From Candidatus Dojkabacteria bacterium (GTDB taxonomy: Bacteria; Patescibacteriota; Dojkabacteria; JAOAGR01), in NCBI GenBank assembly GCA_026415655.1, contig JAOAGR010000002.1, forward strand, positions 5-64,004: a DNA stretch of 64,000 nt. The letters are read 5' to 3'. Each line of letters opens with the position of its first letter. Position 1 is the first letter of the stretch. Shown in pieces: positions 1-8,516 of this stretch. The notes under the pieces were generated by a model, which did not search any database, had not been told where the DNA came from, and worked only from the letters and a program-made list of their open reading frames with translations. The translations under genes were made by a program, and so were the position numbers.

Positions 1-18
1 GATGTGTATAAGAGACAG
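1..18. other. Nextera/Tn5 transposase mosaic-end adapter remnant (library artifact, not genomic)
   Basis: Positions 1-18 read GATGTGTATAAGAGACAG, i.e. the 19-nt Tn5 ME sequence AGATGTGTATAAGAGACAG minus its first A; genomic sequence resumes at 19. Confidence 0.85.
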
Positions 19-275
19 TTACAATACCATACGTTGAATCCTTTTTCTTTTAACTTTTTGACTATGATATCGCCAAGTTCCCTGAGATGTGCGTGACCAG
101 GAATATGATTTGTAAACGAATTGATAACAGTGATAAATGGTTTGTCCTTATCTTGAACACTATTGATGACACCAGCACCTATCATCAAAGACAGGGCTGG
201 CAGCATATGAAGACTTTGTGTAAGTATTTTACTTCCTTTTTGTTGTATCTGTTGAAATCCAGGATTCAGTGACAT
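19..275 (-). CDS. ilvD: dihydroxy-acid dehydratase, N-terminal fragment (5' part only; gene runs off contig end)
   Basis: Minus-strand translation from ATG (rc of CAT at 273-275): MSLNPGFQQIQQKGSKILTQSLHMLPALSLMIGAGVINSVQDKDKPFITVINSFTNHIPGHAHLRELGDIIVKKLKEKGFNVWYCN. The KPxIxVxNSFTxxxPGHxHLRxLG block is the conserved IlvD/Edd N-terminus. Absent from ORF track because no stop is reached before the contig end. Confidence 0.75.
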
Positions 276-284
276 TTTTATTTA

Positions 285-1337
285 TTATTCTTTTTGATTT
301 TCTGGTCTTAATTTTCTCACCTGTTCACCAGCTTGCCACATTTCAGAATTTCTCATTTTTGCTAACTCCGCATTTAGTTTTTCTCTGTAATTCTTTTGTT
401 TATTTTTTCTAATTACTCTCTGAGCTTCTTTTCCAGATGCTACTGATCTATAAAGTTCTTTAAACACTGGCATTACTGCCTTTTTAAATCTATCTTTCCA
501 GTCCAAAGCTCCTCTTTGTGCGGTTGTCGAACAATTAGCAAACATCCAATCCATTCCATTTTCAGCTATTAAAGGAATTAAACTTTGTGTTGCTTCTTCT
601 ACTGTCTCATTAAATGCTTCGGATGGTGAATGCCCCATTTTTCTAAATAGTTCGTACTGGGCCTCCATGATACCGGCCATTGCTCCCATCAAAACACCTC
701 TCTCACCGACAAGGTCAGAATATACTTCCTTTTCAAATGTAGTGGGGAAAAGATATCCTGCACCTATACCGATACCAATGCTTATAACTCTATTTCTGGC
801 TTTGCCTGTAGCGTCTTGATAGATAGCAAACGATGCATTGATACCTTTTCCCTCTAAGAAATGTCGTCTTACAGACCTTCCAGCTCCTTTTGGCGCTACT
901 AAAATTACATCTACATCTTTAGGAGGAATTATCTTTGTATATTTAGAAAATGTTATACCAAAGCCATGAGAAAAACACAATGCTTTTCCATCAGTAAGAT
1001 ACTTTTTCACTTTGGGCCATACCTCGATTTGTCCGGCATCAGATAAGAGGTAGCATATGATTGTACCTTTTTCTGCTGCTTCTTCTATTTCAAAAAGGGT
1101 TTTTCCTTCAACCCAACCATCAGCAACTGCCTTTTCCCAAGATGGAGTTCCTTTTCTTTGACCAATAATAACATTAAATCCATTATCTCTCAGATTAAGA
1201 GCTTGTGCTGGACCTTGTACTCCATAGCCTATTATGGCTATTACCTCATCTTTTAATGTTTCTTTTGCTTTTTCTAGTGGATATTCTTTCTTGGTGATGA
1301 CTTCTTCTACGACACCACCAAAATTTATTTGTGCCAT
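285..1337 (-). CDS. ilvC: ketol-acid reductoisomerase (class I KARI)
   Basis: 350 aa; N-terminal Rossmann GYGVQGPAQALNLRDNG and full-length KARI-like sequence. Confidence 0.93.
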   Translation of the reverse strand: MAQINFGGVVEEVITKKEYPLEKAKETLKDEVIAIIGYGVQGPAQALNLRDNGFNVIIGQRKGTPSWEKAVADGWVEGKTLFEIEEAAEKGTIICYLLSDAGQIEVWPKVKKYLTDGKALCFSHGFGITFSKYTKIIPPKDVDVILVAPKGAGRSVRRHFLEGKGINASFAIYQDATGKARNRVISIGIGIGAGYLFPTTFEKEVYSDLVGERGVLMGAMAGIMEAQYELFRKMGHSPSEAFNETVEEATQSLIPLIAENGMDWMFANCSTTAQRGALDWKDRFKKAVMPVFKELYRSVASGKEAQRVIRKNKQKNYREKLNAELAKMRNSEMWQAGEQVRKLRPENQKE

Positions 1338-1497
1338 AGCAACTAATTAATAGCATTTTTGTTTATATATATCAAGATACTCATATTATTTACTGTGTAC
1401 ATATTAATATATATCTAATCCACCTAACTTTGATCATTTGCTGATACAACAGTAAAGTTTGTATTAGACAAAATTTTGTTATAAAATACTTAAACGT

Positions 1498-1583
1498 GCC
1501 GGGGTGGCGGAATGGTAGACGCTACGGACTTAAAATCCGTTGCCTGCAAAGGCGTGAGGGTTCGAGTCCCTCCTCCGGCACCA
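1498..1583 (+). tRNA. tRNA-Leu (anticodon TAA), long variable arm, genomically encoded CCA
   Basis: gccgggg acceptor stem pairs with ctccggc; D-arm ggcggaatggtagacgc; anticodon loop cTTAAaa; long extra arm tgcctgcaaaggcgtgagg; T-arm gaggg-ttcgagt-ccctc; 3' ...acca. Confidence 0.85.
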
Positions 1584-1706
1584 CTTAATTTGATTTTATT
1601 TATCTGATTGATCTGAAATGAATTTCTGAAAGTGCAATTATCTTTTTATTGATTTGGTTTTTTAGTGATAAATATTTTGTATTACAATATTTTATCAATG
1701 TAAGTT

Positions 1707-2165
1707 ATGAGTTTTCTTAAAGCGATTTTCAAAACTAGATATGAACAATTTTTCACTTACATTCTGACAGGATTAATATCTTTTTTTGTAGATTTTGGGG
1801 CCTATAATGTTGTGTTTTTCGTTTTGATTAATTTTGGTTCGAACAGAGAAATGTCTAGTATCATTGGCAATTTCATCGGTATGATATTGGGACTGATTAC
1901 TTCATTTATCGGTAATCAAAAGTATGTTTTTAATAAATCGAAAGATACTATGATGAGTAATTTTTCTAAATATACTTTGCTATTTTTGTTTAATTACTTC
2001 GCTTCTTCGGGTTTGATTATTGTTTTATCTTATTTTTTAAGTTTTATTTTAGATATTTTCAATTTATCATCAACCGACTTAAACTATTCTCTATCTAAAT
2101 TTCTAGTGATGTTCATTCTAATTTTCTGGAATTTTTTTATGTACAAAAAAGTAATTTTTAAATAA
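1707..2165 (+). CDS. GtrA-like small polytopic membrane protein (glycolipid flippase family)
   Basis: 152 aa, 4 hydrophobic helices, GtrA-like size and composition; directly upstream of a GT2 polyprenol-phosphate glycosyltransferase. Confidence 0.65.
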   Translation: MSFLKAIFKTRYEQFFTYILTGLISFFVDFGAYNVVFFVLINFGSNREMSSIIGNFIGMILGLITSFIGNQKYVFNKSKDTMMSNFSKYTLLFLFNYFASSGLIIVLSYFLSFILDIFNLSSTDLNYSLSKFLVMFILIFWNFFMYKKVIFK

Positions 2166-2182
2166 AATCTAATTTAATTATT

Positions 2183-3100
2183 ATGAAAAAAGTCTCTATC
2201 ATAATACCAGCCTATAACGAATCAGGGCAGTTAGATATTACTATTGAAAATTTAGAAAAAGCTTTATCTGATGCTGAGTTTAAAAAAGAAATAGTTATTG
2301 TGGATGATGGATCCACTGATGATTCATGGGTGCGGATAAAGCAGCTGAAAGAAAAATATAAACATGTTGTGGGTATAAGATTTAGTAAAAACTATGGAAA
2401 AGATAATGCAATATTTGCAGGATTAAAGGCGGCTAGTGGAGATGCTGTTGTAGTTTATGATGCAGATATGCAGTTTCCTGCAAATATGATATTGGACATG
2501 TATAAATATTGGACTACTGGATATAAAATTGTCGAAGGAATCAAGGAAAATAATGATCCATCAAAAGATGAAATATACCAATTTTTTGCTAATTTATTTT
2601 ACGTTATTTTAAAGATTTTTACAGGTTTTGATCTAAAAAGAAATTCTGATTTCAAGTTTCTGGACAGGCAGGTAGTTGATGTAATATTGCAGCATGAAGA
2701 AAGTAACGTATTTTTTAGAGGAATTGTCGAGACTTTAGGTTTTCCTAAACTTTCTTTACCATTTAAGGTACAAAATCGCATAGTAGGATCTAGTAAATGG
2801 ACATTTAAAAACTATTTAAATATGGTATATAATTCCATAATTCCTTTTACCACGTTACCCCTTCAATTAAGTGTAATATTTACTGTAATTTTTTTTGTAT
2901 TTTTGATTTGTTTATCTGCTGAGACATTTTTGCGATGGCTAATTGGATTTTCTGTTGAAGGTTTTACCACTGTTATTTTACTTATAATCATATCAACTAT
3001 AGCTATATTACTTAATCTTAGTATTTTAGGTATTTATATAGCCAAGATCTATAATGAGATAAAACGTCGGCCCAAATATATTATTTTAGAAAAAGTATAA
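2183..3100 (+). CDS. family-2 glycosyltransferase, polyprenol-phosphate sugar synthase type (GtrB/CsbB/DPM1-like)
   Basis: 305 aa; N-terminal IIIPAYNE ... VDDGSTDDS ... DADMQ GT-A motifs and two C-terminal TM helices typical of GtrB-like enzymes. Confidence 0.85.
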   Translation: MKKVSIIIPAYNESGQLDITIENLEKALSDAEFKKEIVIVDDGSTDDSWVRIKQLKEKYKHVVGIRFSKNYGKDNAIFAGLKAASGDAVVVYDADMQFPANMILDMYKYWTTGYKIVEGIKENNDPSKDEIYQFFANLFYVILKIFTGFDLKRNSDFKFLDRQVVDVILQHEESNVFFRGIVETLGFPKLSLPFKVQNRIVGSSKWTFKNYLNMVYNSIIPFTTLPLQLSVIFTVIFFVFLICLSAETFLRWLIGFSVEGFTTVILLIIISTIAILLNLSILGIYIAKIYNEIKRRPKYIILEKV

Positions 3101-3104
3101 TTTT

Positions 3105-5357
3105 ATGTTGGCATTTATCCTAATTAGTATTTGGTTTTGGTTAGGTTATATTGTTGTAACAAAATTTTTAAAGATCGAACGTATTACTAAATGCTATTCA
3201 ATTTTGGATAAAAAAGTAAGTATAGACAAATGGTTTTTGTTATTTCCTGCAAGTTTTCTAATCGGAACTCTTATTTCCAATTGGATTGTTTATGCTTTGG
3301 CTTATCTGCTACAAGGTGCAAATAATAAAATCCTGATTTCTAATATTATTTTTATAGTCTTTTTGATAATTTTGTCTTTATTTGTATATAGAGATCAACT
3401 GATAAAATTTATAAAATATAAAAGATCGTTAAATTGCTTGCAAACAACTATTAAATTGATTCGATCCAATATCGTTGGGTATTTAAAAAAGAACTTGCAT
3501 GAAATATTAATGATTCTTTTTTTCTTTATTTTTGCTAGTTTTTTAATGTTTTATTCTTTCAGAATAGAGGATGACACAATTTTGATGGGACCGAGCGTCT
3601 ATTCGGACATGTCGGCTCATATAACAATGATTCGTTCTTTCTCCTTTGGGGATAACATACCGACAAGATATCCGTTTTTTTATCAAGATCAACCGACTAT
3701 TAGGTATCACTTTATGTTTCAATTTATGGTAGCAAATTTAGAGATCTTTGGTTTGCCTCTGGACTGGGCTGTAAACGTGCCGAGTATTCTTTCTCTGGTT
3801 TCATTCCTAATGCTTCTTTATGCATTATCAACTCTTTTGTTTGGTAAAAAATTAATTTCAACTCTTGTTATTTTATTTTTTATTTTTCGTACAGGGATGG
3901 GCGGGTTTTATTATGTAAACGAGCTTTATCAATATATTGATGGTGGAAATCTGACAAAAGGTTTAGAAATTAAAAATAAATTTACGAATCCACTGGTCAT
4001 GAATGATAAAGAAATTGATAGTGTACTAGAAGGTATTATAAATACAGACTTTTTCATGGGTAAAACACAGAATGAAATATGGGGGTTGTACAACATAAAT
4101 GTATATGCAAATCAGCGTCATCTTAGCTTTGGGATGAGTATAATGCTTTTGATATTGATATTTGTAATTAGAGATATGTTGATATTTTGGAGAAAGTTAA
4201 GGTATAAATTACAGAATACAATTTCTATTAATAAAATAAAAATCTTAATAAGAGATTTGTTTCTTACAAAATCTGCTTGGTTTCCAAAAGATTTATGGAT
4301 TTACTTTGTCTTGGGTATTATTTTAGGATTATCCGGTTTTTGGAACGGTGCAGTCTTAATCTCTACATTGTTGATTTTATCAGTGCTTACACTGTTTTCT
4401 AGATATAAACTCAGATTAGTCACATTGATAATTTTGACCTGTATATTATTCTTTTTACAAGTAAATTTTTTTATTGGTAGTAATGTAGAGACCAATACAG
4501 AAACTATCATTAAATTTGGTTATCTAGCGGATATACCATATGATATCCAATATAATCTACATCAACTAATCGTCAAGAAGGATTGGTTTGAGGCTTTTTT
4601 GTATCTTTCTAACATTATTCCATATGTGATTAAATTTATTTGGGATTTATTGGGAGTTTTTGCGTTAATTGTTGTTATTTTACTTATATTTAAGAATGCA
4701 ACCTACAGAATAATAATTATCTCATTTCTAATGCCATTTCTTTTTGCCTTTACAACCAATCTTGCTGTCGAAATAAATATCAACCATAAATATATATTGA
4801 TATCGGTCGTTTTATTAAATATATTTATCGTCTATTTCTTTTATAGGTTGTCCAGATCAAAATATATAACTAAATTTATTGTTGTCGTTCTAATCTTAGC
4901 CTATATATTTACGGGTATTTTAGATTTTATTGCCTTTGTAAATTTGAATAATAAAAAATATGCTATTAAGTTTGATTTGAACAATGAATTTTATAAGTGG
5001 ATAACAAAGAATACAGAGCGGGATGCTGTATTTGTAACCGGTTATGTGACGGTATATCCTGTGGGTTATGCGGGTAGATATTATTTTGCAGCATGGCCCT
5101 ATTTTGCATGGTCGGCAGGATACGATACTTATGGTAGAGAGAAAATTTTACAATCAATTTATTCGGCATCAGATATAAAAGAATTGAGAAAAATCTTAGA
5201 TGATAATGATATTGACTATGTCATTATAGATTCTGCAGTATTGAATAATGATTTATTTGAAGTCAATGAATCTATATTTAGAGCAAATTATAAACTGGTT
5301 TATACATCGGAAGATGCAGTCTATGGAAGAGTGAGGGTATATGACGTAAGAGATTAG
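3105..5357 (+). CDS. large polytopic membrane protein, probable GT-C fold glycosyltransferase (GtrC/YfhO/ArnT-like)
   Basis: 750 aa, at least 12 hydrophobic helices, acidic EDD motif in first extracytoplasmic loop (RIEDDTILMG), C-terminal soluble domain; starts 5 nt after the GT2 gene. Confidence 0.55.
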   Translation: MLAFILISIWFWLGYIVVTKFLKIERITKCYSILDKKVSIDKWFLLFPASFLIGTLISNWIVYALAYLLQGANNKILISNIIFIVFLIILSLFVYRDQLIKFIKYKRSLNCLQTTIKLIRSNIVGYLKKNLHEILMILFFFIFASFLMFYSFRIEDDTILMGPSVYSDMSAHITMIRSFSFGDNIPTRYPFFYQDQPTIRYHFMFQFMVANLEIFGLPLDWAVNVPSILSLVSFLMLLYALSTLLFGKKLISTLVILFFIFRTGMGGFYYVNELYQYIDGGNLTKGLEIKNKFTNPLVMNDKEIDSVLEGIINTDFFMGKTQNEIWGLYNINVYANQRHLSFGMSIMLLILIFVIRDMLIFWRKLRYKLQNTISINKIKILIRDLFLTKSAWFPKDLWIYFVLGIILGLSGFWNGAVLISTLLILSVLTLFSRYKLRLVTLIILTCILFFLQVNFFIGSNVETNTETIIKFGYLADIPYDIQYNLHQLIVKKDWFEAFLYLSNIIPYVIKFIWDLLGVFALIVVILLIFKNATYRIIIISFLMPFLFAFTTNLAVEININHKYILISVVLLNIFIVYFFYRLSRSKYITKFIVVVLILAYIFTGILDFIAFVNLNNKKYAIKFDLNNEFYKWITKNTERDAVFVTGYVTVYPVGYAGRYYFAAWPYFAWSAGYDTYGREKILQSIYSASDIKELRKILDDNDIDYVIIDSAVLNNDLFEVNESIFRANYKLVYTSEDAVYGRVRVYDVRD

Positions 5358-6364
5358 ATAATTATATTTACTTCATATTCCAATTCTATATCAAATTTAT
5401 TTTTGACATTTTTTTTGATTATATTGGCAAGCTCTAGGATATCTCTACCTGTTGCATTGTTTTTATTCACCAGAACTAGGGCGTGATTTTGATGTACTGC
5501 TGCTCCTTTGTGTACATAACCCTTTAGTCCACATTGTTCTATTAGCCATCCGGCAGGTATTTTGACAAGAGATTCTGTATTTGTTGGATAAGTGGGCATA
5601 TTGGGATATTCTTTTAATAGTTTATTCGCCAAGTTTTTTTCTATTTCTGGATTTTTGAAGAAACTCCCAGCATTGCCGATTTTATTTGGATTGGGCAATT
5701 TTTTGCGACGGATATATGTAATTATATTTGCTATTACTTCAGGTGATATCTTTTGTATTTTTCTTCGTTCTATTTCTTCTTTGATTCCTGCGTAGTCTAG
5801 TTTGTAATTATGTTTTTTTATCGTTAATTTTAGACCAATTTCTGTTATGAATACTTTATTTTTTAATTCTTTTTTGAATATGCTGTCTCGGTATCCAAAA
5901 TTACATTCATCCTTCGTTAAGACGAGAAATTTTCTGTTAATCAGATCAAAGCACTTTACGTATTCTACAGATTCTGCGATTTCTACACCATAGGCCCCGA
6001 TATTTTGTATAGGTGCTCCGCCGACTGTCCCTGGTATATAAGCAAGATTTTCTATGCCTCCCCAGTTATTTTTGGTAACAAATTTTACTAGTTTAGTCCA
6101 CGACTCGCCGGAATTTATTGATAGATAAATGTAATTATTGACTTCTTTAGTTACCTTGATACCATTTATTTTGTTATGAATAACCAATCCGTCAAAATCA
6201 TTGACAAATAGAATATTTGATCCACCGCCAAGAATAAAATATTTCCGATTTAGATCTAAGGTCGCTAAATCTTTAATATCATCAATTATCATGTATTCAC
6301 GTGCCCTCGTGTGTAAATGAAAAGTATTTATCTTACACAGATCCTTGTTTCTGTAGTGTTTCAT
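5354..6364 (-). CDS. murB: UDP-N-acetylenolpyruvoylglucosamine reductase
   Basis: 336 aa; FAD-binding ILGGGSNILF and catalytic-region GIENLAYIPGTVGGAPIQNIGAYGVEI blocks typical of MurB. Confidence 0.85.
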   Translation of the reverse strand: MKHYRNKDLCKINTFHLHTRAREYMIIDDIKDLATLDLNRKYFILGGGSNILFVNDFDGLVIHNKINGIKVTKEVNNYIYLSINSGESWTKLVKFVTKNNWGGIENLAYIPGTVGGAPIQNIGAYGVEIAESVEYVKCFDLINRKFLVLTKDECNFGYRDSIFKKELKNKVFITEIGLKLTIKKHNYKLDYAGIKEEIERRKIQKISPEVIANIITYIRRKKLPNPNKIGNAGSFFKNPEIEKNLANKLLKEYPNMPTYPTNTESLVKIPAGWLIEQCGLKGYVHKGAAVHQNHALVLVNKNNATGRDILELANIIKKNVKNKFDIELEYEVNIII

Positions 6365-6911
6365 TTTTATCTTGCTTCTCCCATTTTACGTCTTCTTTGC
6401 CATTTAATAAATTCAGATATCTAGCCAAAACAAAAAGATAATCTGATAATCTATTAAAAAAGATCAATATCTCTTTTCTGATTATCTCCCTTTTTACATT
6501 TATTTTTACTATTTTTCTTTCAACTCGACGACAGACAGCGCGACAGATATGTGTATGGCTAGCAGCCTCACAACCACCAGGTAAAATGAAGTTTGTGAGT
6601 TTTGGTAGCTGACCTTCTATTTTATCAATAGACTTTTCGATATGTATGATGTCATTGTTATCGATAGATGCTTGATCAAATCCTGCTACTTCAGCGCCTA
6701 TATCAAAAAGAATACTCTGAATCCAACGAATATTTGATATCACTTCGTGACCAGTTTTTTCTCTAGATAATAGATAGTTTAGATAACCAAGATGCGAATT
6801 AAACTCATCAATTTCTCCACATAGATCAATACGAGGATTATCCTTTTTTACTCTTTTTCCACTGGCAAGTGATGTAAAACCACTATCGCCTGTGCGGGTG
6901 TAGATGGACAT
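6333..6911 (-). CDS. PduO-type ATP:cob(I)alamin (corrinoid) adenosyltransferase
   Basis: 192 aa; N-terminus MSIYTRTGDSGFTSLASGKRVKKDNPRIDLCGEIDEFNSHLG matches the PduO/MMAB family signature. Confidence 0.8.
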   Translation of the reverse strand: MSIYTRTGDSGFTSLASGKRVKKDNPRIDLCGEIDEFNSHLGYLNYLLSREKTGHEVISNIRWIQSILFDIGAEVAGFDQASIDNNDIIHIEKSIDKIEGQLPKLTNFILPGGCEAASHTHICRAVCRRVERKIVKINVKREIIRKEILIFFNRLSDYLFVLARYLNLLNGKEDVKWEKQDKNETLQKQGSV

Positions 6912-7011
6912 GAATTCTATTTTAGCTTATTAAAATGTATATTTCTTGTTTTAGACATTTATTTGTCTAAATTTTATTATGTTGATATATGTGAATGAGT
7001 AGAATTTATTA

Positions 7012-7596
7012 TTACCTGCTAAATATAACTTTCTTTTCATCCTCCAAAACCCCTTTACTCGTCCCAAATCTTGGATATAAATTAAGATTCTTTATAAAAA
7101 TATGTCTATTTATTGCAGAAATTTCTTTAAATTCTACAGCTAGAGAAAAGGTGCCTGAGTTTATATTGTTCACTGGTAAATTATCTGAAAACCGTTCTGA
7201 TAAGAGCTTTAGGTAACTGTCGACCATTATCTCACTTAGTTTATATTTTTGAATCAATTTGTTTTTTATTTTTAATTCCTTCTTCTTAAATTTTTGTTTG
7301 GTTATTCTTATTTTTTCTTTTAATGTATGATTTTGATAATATGTTAATATTTGTCTGTAGGTAGGCTTGAAATACAATGCAAATTCTGTCAAGTTGGTAG
7401 CAATATGAATTAGCTCTGAGTCATGAATATCTTGATGAATGTAATTTATTTTTTCTATTACTGATCTAATTATTTCCTGTTTTATCGAGTTACGTATTTG
7501 TTTTTTTTGATGTGTGGTATTCGATGTTTTTCCGGAGTGATATATCATAAATATCAGAGAATAATCCGACCATGTTGATAAGCTCAAAAAGGACAT
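7012..7596 (-). CDS. hypothetical protein; probably the C-terminal part of the upstream ORF (7490..8491) separated by a frameshift
   Basis: 194-aa Lys-rich ORF overlapping the upstream ORF by 107 nt; the frames meet inside an A8 homopolymer (T8 at 7501-7508 on + strand). Confidence 0.4.
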   Translation of the reverse strand: MSFLSLSTWSDYSLIFMIYHSGKTSNTTHQKKQIRNSIKQEIIRSVIEKINYIHQDIHDSELIHIATNLTEFALYFKPTYRQILTYYQNHTLKEKIRITKQKFKKKELKIKNKLIQKYKLSEIMVDSYLKLLSERFSDNLPVNNINSGTFSLAVEFKEISAINRHIFIKNLNLYPRFGTSKGVLEDEKKVIFSR

Positions 7597-8491
7597 CCCT
7601 GATTGGGATAGGATCTGTATAATAAATTGAAATCTTATGTGTAAAACTCACTTGGTTCGGTTCACAAATAATATCTCGTATAAATTTGGCATTATGGCCT
7701 GTGGATTTACGTATTAGGTTTGTTATGATGTTATTGTTGTATATATAAAAAATCTCATTAAATATTCCTATATGTTTTAGTAGTTCATCAGGTGTTGGAA
7801 TTTTGTTAATTAGATTTTTTTGAATAGTAGCTTCATCAATATAAGTTACATGAAAATGTCCATCAGGAGCGCTTTGGCATCCGCGTGACAGGCCATATCT
7901 GTTTCTGGTGTAGTGATCAGCGTGACCTATCATTCCATAGATGTGCAAGTTCTGGTGGATAGAATCTTTATAATACTCATACATTATTTGTATGGCGTCA
8001 TAGATCTGATCCGCTATCATTTTTGTGCAGCTTCTTATCGATTCATTATCCTTTCTAGCTAAATCCAATATATTGCATCTTTGAGGACCTGAATCGGTAT
8101 TTTCAAACCACCAGATGATTAGTTGGGAGGGGATTAAATTTCCCTGATATTCCATCATATCAAGTGTATGAGGTGATGCAGCTAGTGTATTTATCCCGAC
8201 AAATTCTTGATTTCTGTACTGTTTTCCTACCTGCGTATTCAGTAAACTATCAAAAAAGTTTGCGTCCGTATTATCAGTTCTTGGAACAAAGGTAGGTATT
8301 TTGATAAATGGCAATCGATATTCGATTTTCTTTAATTTTTTATCAACCTTCTGAAATAGATTTATTAACCTGATTTGATTTTTCACTAAAATTATTATAA
8401 AAAATTTAAATCTTTTGTAGTAATTAATCGATATATATACAAATATATTGCAAACAAATAAATTTTGTGATAAAAAGGTATTTATCCTCAA
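7490..8491 (-). CDS. hypothetical protein with histidine HxH-type motifs (possible HIT/GalT-like nucleotidyltransferase), N-terminal part of a split gene; true start probably downstream of the annotated Met
   Basis: 333 aa; motifs HLHIYGMIGHADHYTRNRYG and GHFHVTY; first ~40 codons run through the AT-rich divergent ilvB promoter region. Confidence 0.45.
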   Translation of the reverse strand: MRINTFLSQNLFVCNIFVYISINYYKRFKFFIIILVKNQIRLINLFQKVDKKLKKIEYRLPFIKIPTFVPRTDNTDANFFDSLLNTQVGKQYRNQEFVGINTLAASPHTLDMMEYQGNLIPSQLIIWWFENTDSGPQRCNILDLARKDNESIRSCTKMIADQIYDAIQIMYEYYKDSIHQNLHIYGMIGHADHYTRNRYGLSRGCQSAPDGHFHVTYIDEATIQKNLINKIPTPDELLKHIGIFNEIFYIYNNNIITNLIRKSTGHNAKFIRDIICEPNQVSFTHKISIYYTDPIPIRDVLFELINMVGLFSDIYDISLRKNIEYHTSKKTNT

Positions 8492-8516
8492 AATTTGATC
8501 TATTTATTAAATTGCT

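Noticed and set aside
87-272. 61-aa + strand ORF at the contig start
   Set aside because: Lies antisense to the well-supported ilvD N-terminal fragment (19..275, minus); no homology signal; typical shadow ORF.
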